From: Candidatus Peregrinibacteria bacterium CG10_big_fil_rev_8_21_14_0_10_42_8
Lineage (GTDB): Bacteria; Patescibacteriota; Gracilibacteria; Peribacterales; Peribacteraceae
Direction of reading: 5' to 3'
Length of the DNA stretch: 50,016 bases
Assembly: GCA_002772815.1 (NCBI GenBank)
Contig: PFDQ01000043.1
Location: 15,955-65,970 of the forward strand
The notes beneath the pieces were generated by a model. That model did not search any database. It was given only the letters and a program-made list of their open reading frames with translations, and had not been told where the DNA came from. Positions 44,660 through 50,016 of the stretch are shown piece after piece. Each line of letters opens with the position of its first letter. The first letter of the stretch is position 1. The position numbers and the translations under genes are program-made.

Positions 44660-44956
44660 GTGGCTAAAGATGTTATTGAACTCATAGGCGTAGTCGAAGA
44701 ATCATTTCCAAATACTACGTTTAGCGTCAAAATCTTAAGTCCACAAGCAAAGGATCATCAGATCCTCTGTACGCTCGCGGGTCGCATGCGCGTTCATCGC
44801 GTACGCATCCTGCCAGGCGACCGGGTGAAGATAGAGATGACCCCATATGATCTCGAGAAGGGTCGAATCTGCTACCGCTACAGGTCTGATCAAAAGATCG
44901 ATCTAGAAACTGGAGAAGCCATAAGGCCAGCTCCAAGTAGCGAAGGACAAGCGTAA
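44660..44956 (+). CDS. infA: Translation initiation factor IF-1 with an approximately 25-aa C-terminal extension
   Basis: GTG start chosen by alignment logic. (M)AKDVIELIGVVEESFPNTTFSV...GRMRVHRVRILPGDRVKIEMTPYDLEKGRICYRY, then SDQKIDLETGEAIRPAPSSEGQA. Confidence 0.8.
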   Translation: MAKDVIELIGVVEESFPNTTFSVKILSPQAKDHQILCTLAGRMRVHRVRILPGDRVKIEMTPYDLEKGRICYRYRSDQKIDLETGEAIRPAPSSEGQA

Positions 44957-44980
44957 TATATTTATTCCTACTCTTATCCC

Positions 44981-45136
44981 GTGAAAGTTCGTGCATCCGT
45001 AAAACCGATTGGAAAAAATGACCGCCTGGTGATCCGAAGGGCTGGTGTGCGTATTAAAAGAGGAAAGATTTCAGGTGGGAAAAAAGTTCGTCGTATTGTA
45101 TCTCCTATCCCTCGCAATAAGCAGCGCCAAGGGTAA
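44981..45136 (+). CDS. rpmJ: 50S ribosomal protein L36, Cys-less variant with an internal insertion (51 aa), absent from the ORF track
   Basis: GTG start. My own translation is (M)[50 protein letters not shown]. The MKVRASVK N-terminus and NKQRQG C-terminus are L36 hallmarks. It occupies the canonical infA-rpmJ-rpsM position. Confidence 0.8.
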   Translation: MKVRASVKPIGKNDRLVIRRAGVRIKRGKISGGKKVRRIVSPIPRNKQRQG

Positions 45137-45153
45137 TTATTCCATTTCTTATT

Positions 45154-45534
45154 ATGCCAAGAATCGCAGGTGTCGTCATACCGGGTAACAAACGAACAGA
45201 GATCGCTCTGACGTATATCAAAGGTATCGGCCGTTCACTTTCTCAGGCTATCTTGAAGGAATTAAAAATTGATGGAGACAAGAAGGCAGACGATCTTACA
45301 GAGGATGAAGAGAGCCGCCTCAGAACTCGTATTGAAAAAGAAACAGTAGAAGGAGACCTCACACGACTCGTATCCATGAATATTAAGCGCCTTCAAGACA
45401 TTGGAACATGGCGCGGATTCCGTCACCGTCGTAAGCTTCCGGTTCGTGGTCAGACATCCCGTCGTAACGCTCGTACAAAGCGTGGTAAGAAGAAGACAGG
45501 AGGATCTGGACGAACATCACTATCTAAGACTTAA
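45154..45534 (+). CDS. rpsM: 30S ribosomal protein S13
   Basis: [26 protein letters not shown]...[15 protein letters not shown]. Confidence 0.95.
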   Translation: MPRIAGVVIPGNKRTEIALTYIKGIGRSLSQAILKELKIDGDKKADDLTEDEESRLRTRIEKETVEGDLTRLVSMNIKRLQDIGTWRGFRHRRKLPVRGQTSRRNARTKRGKKKTGGSGRTSLSKT

Positions 45535-45557
45535 TCCCAATTAATCCCTAATCTATT

Positions 45558-45959
45558 ATGGCTACCGCCAAATCAAAGACTACAAAGGCAAAGAAGAAAA
45601 AGATTAAGCGCACGGTGCAGAAGGCTCGATGCTGCATCCACGCAGGAGAAAACAATACTATTGTGAGCTTCACCGATTTCAATGGTGATAAGCTCGGTGG
45701 TAGTAGTGCTGGCGCATGTGGCTTTAAGGGAACACGAAAATCTACACCATACGCAGCAAAAATCGCTGCAGAGAAAGCAGCAGAGAATGTTGCAGGATTT
45801 AACATTGAATCCGTGCAGGTAGAGGTAAAAGGCCTCGGTCCTGGACGTGAACAAGCTATCCGCGGTATTCAGTCTGCTGGACTCAACCTCGATGCAATCA
45901 TCGATCTTACTCCTGTTCCTCACGGTGGATGCCGCGCCCCTGGAAGGCGGCGTGTATAA
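45558..45959 (+). CDS. rpsK: 30S ribosomal protein S11
   Basis: HAGENNTIVSFTD..G....SSAGACGFKGTRKSTPYAA...PHGGCRAPGRRRV. Confidence 0.95.
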   Translation: MATAKSKTTKAKKKKIKRTVQKARCCIHAGENNTIVSFTDFNGDKLGGSSAGACGFKGTRKSTPYAAKIAAEKAAENVAGFNIESVQVEVKGLGPGREQAIRGIQSAGLNLDAIIDLTPVPHGGCRAPGRRRV

Positions 45960-46017
45960 ACGTAAAGACGTGATGGCATCGCGTCTCTTCATCTCTCTCA
46001 CTACTAATTCATCACTC

Positions 46018-46635
46018 ATGAAATATACTGGACCTAAAGCAAAGCGCTGTCGACGACAAGGAACCAACATCTATGGTTCTGATAAGTACGACAAAATCTT
46101 GCAGCGAAAGCCGTATGGCCCTGGAAAGGGACCACGAACACGCAGCAAGCGTCCAACAGAGTTTGGTCGTCAGCTTCTTGAAAAACAGAAAGCTCGCGAT
46201 ATGTTCGGTCTCTCAGAGCGTCAGTTCGTCCGTCTCTATAAGACGGCTGTTGCTTCACAAGACCAAACAGGAGAGACATTATTAACACTCCTTGAACGAC
46301 GCCTCGATAACGCACTATACCGTGCAGGCTTCGCATTAACACGACTCCAATCACGTCAGTTCTCTGCTCACGGTGTATTCACCGTTAATGGAGTACGCGT
46401 CACATCTCCATCATTCCGTTTGTCTGTTGGAGACGTCATTGAAGTACGCTCAAAAAGTAAATCATCACCCGTGTTTACTCCTATTCTTGAAGCGCATGAG
46501 AAATACATGCCACCTTCATGGCTAAAGGTAGATCCATCTAACCTCAAGATCGAGGTTGTTGGCCTTCCAGCAGCTGAGGATGCAGAGCAAGCAATCGATG
46601 TACGACAAGTCATCGAATACTACTCACGTAGGTAA
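46018..46635 (+). CDS. rpsD: 30S ribosomal protein S4
   Basis: An internal ATG was chosen. MKYTGPKAKRCRRQGTNIYG...LERRLDNALYRAGFA (S4 domain). Confidence 0.9.
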   Translation: MKYTGPKAKRCRRQGTNIYGSDKYDKILQRKPYGPGKGPRTRSKRPTEFGRQLLEKQKARDMFGLSERQFVRLYKTAVASQDQTGETLLTLLERRLDNALYRAGFALTRLQSRQFSAHGVFTVNGVRVTSPSFRLSVGDVIEVRSKSKSSPVFTPILEAHEKYMPPSWLKVDPSNLKIEVVGLPAAEDAEQAIDVRQVIEYYSRR

Positions 46636-46651
46636 CCTTCCCCCAAACCTT

Positions 46652-47647
46652 ATGCACATCATTCAGGAAGAAATAGGTCTCCCAATATTCTCCTCTCAAA
46701 CAGGTAGCACTGGAGACGACTCTCATAAAGTTTTCACCATCGGACCCCTTCCTCCAGGATACGGAATGACTCTTGGAAATGCGATGCGTCGCACTCTCCT
46801 TTCTAGTCTTCCAGGAGCAGCAGTAACTTCGATGCGTATTCAAGGATCTCAGCATGAATACACTGCTATTAAAGGTGTTCGTGAATCTGGTGTAGACATC
46901 GCTCTTAACCTTAAGGGACTACGTCTACGCAAGTTCAGTAAAGAGTCTGAAGTGATTACACTTCAAGGAAAAGGACCTGTAACACTGACTGCAAAGGATT
47001 TGCAGGTATCATCAGATATCGAAGTCCTCGACCCAAGCCACGAAATCCTTACCCTAGAGAAGGGTGGAGAAATAGAGATTTCTATCACTGTCGAAAAGGG
47101 TGTCGGATACAGCCCAGCAGCAGAACGAAATAAGAAGAACAACGAGCCAGGCCTTGTCCACATTGATGCTATTTTCAGCCCAGTCGTAAAAGTACGATTC
47201 GACGTAGAGTCAGCTCGTGTTGGTCAGCGCACAGACCTTGAAAAGCTTAATCTTGATGTGCAGACAAATGGATCACTTAATGCTGAAGAAGCTGTTCAAT
47301 TTGCAGCACAGCTCCTCAAGAGCTACTTCGAATACTTTAGTTCTTCAGAAAAGGTTATCGAGAACGACTTTATTGCAGATTTCTCTCGAACTGGTGGACA
47401 CATTGCTGAAGAAAGCGATTCTGCTCCAATAAAAGAGAGTTACACACCTATTGAAATCCTCAACTTCTCACCACGAACCCTCAACGCGTTGATTAATGCA
47501 GGTGTTGGTTCTATTGAGCAGCTTACAAAGTGCACAGAACCAGCTCTCGCAAACTTTCGTGGATTCGGAGCAAAAGCTCTTGATGAAGTGAAAGACACCC
47601 TAGCAGAGCGAAATCTGAAGCTTTCTGACGAAGAGTCAGACAAATAA
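46652..47647 (+). CDS. rpoA: DNA-directed RNA polymerase subunit alpha
   Basis: An internal ATG was chosen. PLPPGYGMTLGNAMRRTLLSSLPGAAV. The C-terminal domain has IEILNFSPRTLNALINAGVGSIEQL. Confidence 0.9.
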   Translation: MHIIQEEIGLPIFSSQTGSTGDDSHKVFTIGPLPPGYGMTLGNAMRRTLLSSLPGAAVTSMRIQGSQHEYTAIKGVRESGVDIALNLKGLRLRKFSKESEVITLQGKGPVTLTAKDLQVSSDIEVLDPSHEILTLEKGGEIEISITVEKGVGYSPAAERNKKNNEPGLVHIDAIFSPVVKVRFDVESARVGQRTDLEKLNLDVQTNGSLNAEEAVQFAAQLLKSYFEYFSSSEKVIENDFIADFSRTGGHIAEESDSAPIKESYTPIEILNFSPRTLNALINAGVGSIEQLTKCTEPALANFRGFGAKALDEVKDTLAERNLKLSDEESDK

Positions 47648-47684
47648 TTGCATCCTTTTATTTTAAACGTATTATCTCCCACTC

Positions 47685-48089
47685 ATGAGACATCGAAGAT
47701 CTAAAAATCGGCTCAAGCAAAAACCTGGTCATGCCAGAATGCTCAAGCGTAACTTGATTACATCGTTGCTCATCTACGAGAAGATGCGTACGACAAAGAA
47801 GCGTGCAGCAGTGATTACTCCAGAGATTGATAAAATAATTTCATTTGCAAAGAGTCACAGCCCTCACGTTGCAATCCGTCACATTAATACAATCGTGACA
47901 GATAAGAATGCAAGTAAGAAGATTATGGAGGTATACACAAAGAGATTTGCAAAGAAATCATCTGGTCTCACTCGGACAAAGGCTCTTGGTAGTCGTGATG
48001 GTGATGGTGCAGAGCTTGTCGATATTAGCCTCGTAGAAGGAGAAGCAGTTGTTATTCCTGTAGCGAGCACTACCCCTAAGAAATCATAA
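47685..48089 (+). CDS. rplQ: 50S ribosomal protein L17
   Basis: MRHRRSKNRLKQKPGHARMLKRNLITSLLIYEKMRTT. Confidence 0.95.
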   Translation: MRHRRSKNRLKQKPGHARMLKRNLITSLLIYEKMRTTKKRAAVITPEIDKIISFAKSHSPHVAIRHINTIVTDKNASKKIMEVYTKRFAKKSSGLTRTKALGSRDGDGAELVDISLVEGEAVVIPVASTTPKKS

Positions 48090-48514
48090 TGAAAACTTCT
48101 CATCCAAAACCAGAGGCTCCACAGTGGGTTATTGTTGATGCTAAGGGTAAAAACCTAGGAAGAATGGCTACAACAATTGCTACTGCATTACGTGGAAAAA
48201 ATAAGGTAACATTTAGCCCTCACCAGCTTTGTGGAGACCATGTCGTTGTTATTAATGCAAAAGAGCTTGATTTTCACCCAACAAAGCACCGACGAAGAGT
48301 ATACGTAAAGCACACAGGATACTTGGGCCACCTCAAGTCATGGTCTCTGCAGCAAATGCTTGATCAGAAGCCAACAGCACTAGTCGAAAGAGCTGTAAAA
48401 GGAATGCTTCCAAAAAACCGTCTTTCACGTCAGATGCTGAAGCGTCTTCACATCTTCCCAGGTGCAGAACATCCACACACTGCACAGCAACCTACTCCTC
48501 TATCAACTCTCTAA
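48089..48514 (+). CDS. rplM: 50S ribosomal protein L13
   Basis: WVIVDAKGKNLGRMATTIATALRGKNK...VKGMLPKN. TAATG overlap with rplQ. Confidence 0.95.
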   Translation: MKTSHPKPEAPQWVIVDAKGKNLGRMATTIATALRGKNKVTFSPHQLCGDHVVVINAKELDFHPTKHRRRVYVKHTGYLGHLKSWSLQQMLDQKPTALVERAVKGMLPKNRLSRQMLKRLHIFPGAEHPHTAQQPTPLSTL

Positions 48515-48516
48515 TT

Positions 48517-48924
48517 ATGTCAGCAGCAACTTCAAATCAGTACTTCTACAGCGCAGGAAAGCGTAAAACAGCTGTCGCACGCGTAAAGCTTTTCGATGGT
48601 GGAAAAGGTGAAATTACTGTAAACGGAAAGAAAGCAATCGATTATTTCCCAACACGATTGCACGTAGAAAACGCTATCGCACCACTAAAGCTTGCAGATG
48701 CTGCGAAGCGCTTTGATATTGAAGTAAGCATCAAGGGGGGTGGAAAGTCATCACAGAGTGGTGCACTCCGCCATGGAATTTCACGCGCACTTCTTCTTGT
48801 AGACCCAGATTTACGACCAACGCTAAAACGTGAAGGATTCCTTCGTCGTGATGCTCGTATTAAAGAGCGTAAGAAGCCAGGTCTCAAGGGTGCACGTCGC
48901 GCTCCTCAGTTCTCCAAGCGTTAG
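48517..48924 (+). CDS. rpsI: 30S ribosomal protein S9
   Basis: GKRKTAVARVKL..G.G.ITVNGK...GGGKSSQSGALRHGISRAL...RRDARIKERKKPGLKGARRAPQFSKR. Confidence 0.95.
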   Translation: MSAATSNQYFYSAGKRKTAVARVKLFDGGKGEITVNGKKAIDYFPTRLHVENAIAPLKLADAAKRFDIEVSIKGGGKSSQSGALRHGISRALLLVDPDLRPTLKREGFLRRDARIKERKKPGLKGARRAPQFSKR

Positions 48925-48931
48925 TCTTCTT

Positions 48932-49339
48932 TTACGCAGTTACTTCTTCAAGATTGATGTCCATCTTCATATAGAAGAGGCTTGTTCCTTCTTCTGTATC
49001 GAGGATGAACTTTGCATCAATGTTACTGAGCTGCATAATCGTCTGACACATGCGAAGAAGCATCTTTGGTGGAATGCCAATACCATGCTGCATACACGTC
49101 GCACAGAGGCCTGCAGGGTCTTTTGAGCGAATGTATTTGTCTCCCTTTTCAGAGATAACTGCACGGAACTCCTGCTGCACAGTGAGAATATAATTCTCAA
49201 TGTATGGCTCTAGGCTTTCAACAGGCATGCCTTTGAGCTCGGGGAGTACTTCGAGGATATCGAGATCGGAATGAATAGCATGTGCAATGCAAGCATCGAT
49301 AGACATAATGTGTGTGTGTATTTTTTTTAAAGTTTTCAT
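48932..49339 (-). CDS. Hypothetical protein
   Basis: ORF of 135-148 aa with no family recognised. The start is ambiguous (49339 or 49306) because a TGcTATACT box sits only 3 nt upstream of ATG 49339. Confidence 0.45.
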   Translation of the reverse strand: MKTLKKIHTHIMSIDACIAHAIHSDLDILEVLPELKGMPVESLEPYIENYILTVQQEFRAVISEKGDKYIRSKDPAGLCATCMQHGIGIPPKMLLRMCQTIMQLSNIDAKFILDTEEGTSLFYMKMDINLEEVTA

Positions 49340-49342
49340 ATC

Positions 49343-49351
49343 AGTATAGCA
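49343..49351 (-). promoter_or_regulatory. Extended -10 box TGcTATACT
   Basis: Fourth exact copy of this 9-mer in the window. It lies 3 nt upstream of ATG 49339. Confidence 0.4.
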
Positions 49352-49447
49352 AAAATGGGCTCCAAAGAAAAGGGTCAATATATGTCTATTTGCTTGAATT
49401 TCTTTGTGTGGATAGGTACCATCACCCCCTATTTTCCTTAAAAAGCT

Positions 49448-49915
49448 ATGCGTTTACTCCCTATTCTTACAGCATTAACCATTATATTCCTTCCTGGCAT
49501 TGCGCAGGCTGAAGAACTCTCAGATTCACCACAATTTCGTTACAGATCAGTACGTCTTCGTGGGATTTCTCGTCCATCACACCGTAGCGTAGAACGTGCT
49601 ACACACACTTTTCGTGATGATTTAGCAGTACAGAGACGTAATTTTCAAGGTAAACTACAGACTATTGAATCCATTCGCGATACGATGCGTGATGAATTTG
49701 TGCACCAGCCTGATGAAGGTCAGGAAGTTTTTAACCAAGATTTTACGCCATATCACTGGAATATTCGTCGTCGTCATGTACGTCATCAGTACTGGGATTC
49801 TTATTTTCAGCGTGGAACAAAGGCTCACGTAGGCCAAGGAATTCTTGGACAGAAAGATCTTCTAAAAGCAGAGAATTATCGCAATGATATTGAAGTGGAT
49901 GCTGGAGGAAGATAA
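49448..49915 (+). CDS. Secreted hypothetical protein
   Basis: Signal peptide MRLLPILTALTIIFLPGIAQA followed by a basic, Arg/His-rich 134-aa sequence. No family recognised. Confidence 0.55.
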   Translation: MRLLPILTALTIIFLPGIAQAEELSDSPQFRYRSVRLRGISRPSHRSVERATHTFRDDLAVQRRNFQGKLQTIESIRDTMRDEFVHQPDEGQEVFNQDFTPYHWNIRRRHVRHQYWDSYFQRGTKAHVGQGILGQKDLLKAENYRNDIEVDAGGR

Positions 49916-50016
49916 AATGACAATGTTAGGGAACCTCTGAAAAACACCACTCAAAGCAGACTCCATTTTTAGCATAGAAATTGGTAAAATAGTGGCGACT
50001 CTTAGCCATTCCCTTC

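Noticed and set aside
45847-46017. N-terminal extensions in the track for rpsD (from 45847) and rpoA (from 46556). Similar extensions exist for genes at 1317, 2185, 6166, 9212, 10987, 25062 and 37045.
   Set aside because: The extensions overlap upstream genes or lack homology-like sequence. Internal ATGs reproduce the canonical family N-termini or signal peptides.
49926-50015. Minus-strand frame open to the window edge, ending ..MAKSRHYFTNFYAKNGVCFEWCFSEVP*.
   Set aside because: Only 30 codons are visible and no recognisable family is present, so there is too little evidence to call a partial CDS.
1-50016. Alternative genetic code (UGA or UAA reassignment, as in some candidate phyla).
   Set aside because: Long conserved genes such as L2, SecY, RpoA and the 1603-aa enzyme are intact under the standard code. 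TGA also terminates conserved genes at expected positions, for example the HxlR gene and rpmC. The single in-frame TAA at 42734 is better explained locally.
1-50016. tRNA, rRNA, tmRNA, RNase P or CRISPR features.
   Set aside because: By eye I found no T-loop (GGTTCRAnYC) in cloverleaf context, no rRNA-like conserved blocks and no regularly spaced direct repeats. A tRNAscan/Infernal run would be needed to exclude them fully.

Overview
The window looks like a compact genome from an uncultivated, monoderm-type bacterium, possibly CPR/Patescibacteria-like. Supporting traits are no L30 gene, a class I LysRS, secreted SLH and CAP proteins, and very few Shine-Dalgarno sites. The standard genetic code applies, and UGA is used as a stop codon. 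I found no rRNA, tRNA or CRISPR array.

Layout:
- 1-7.7 kb: histidine-kinase 3' end, an SLH protein, a pseudouridine synthase, a 1023-aa cysteine-rich repeat surface protein with a C-terminal sorting-signal-like tail, a CAP protein and a beta-CASP RNase.
- 7.8-22.2 kb: a glycopolymer locus. It has a Wzm/Wzt-type ABC exporter, a stand-alone sulfotransferase, two GT4 enzymes, a 1603-aa five-module GT2-GT4-sulfotransferase-GT2-GT2 enzyme, a coiled-coil protein, fcl and methyltransferases.
- 22.2-28 kb: HD hydrolase, class I LysRS, a minimal nucleotidyltransferase coupled to APS kinase, a nuclease and an ArnT-like membrane glycosyltransferase.
- 28.0-29.6 kb: a metal cassette with a MerT-like protein, an HxlR regulator and a 51-aa metallothionein-like ORF missing from the ORF track. 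It is embedded in a structured repeat family I do not recognise.
- 29.7-48.9 kb: the ribosomal-protein supercluster from rplC to rpsI. It lacks rpsJ and rpmD and is interrupted twice.

The most interesting signals:
- The modular hairpin-containing repeat family (4-5 copies), which sits at every breakpoint of the ribosomal cluster.
- The sulfation-themed glycan locus with its giant multidomain enzyme.
- The metallothionein cassette.
- Recurrent TGcTATACT boxes 3-10 nt before start codons, which suggest leaderless mRNAs.
- Lys/Ser/Thr-rich tails on many ribosomal proteins.
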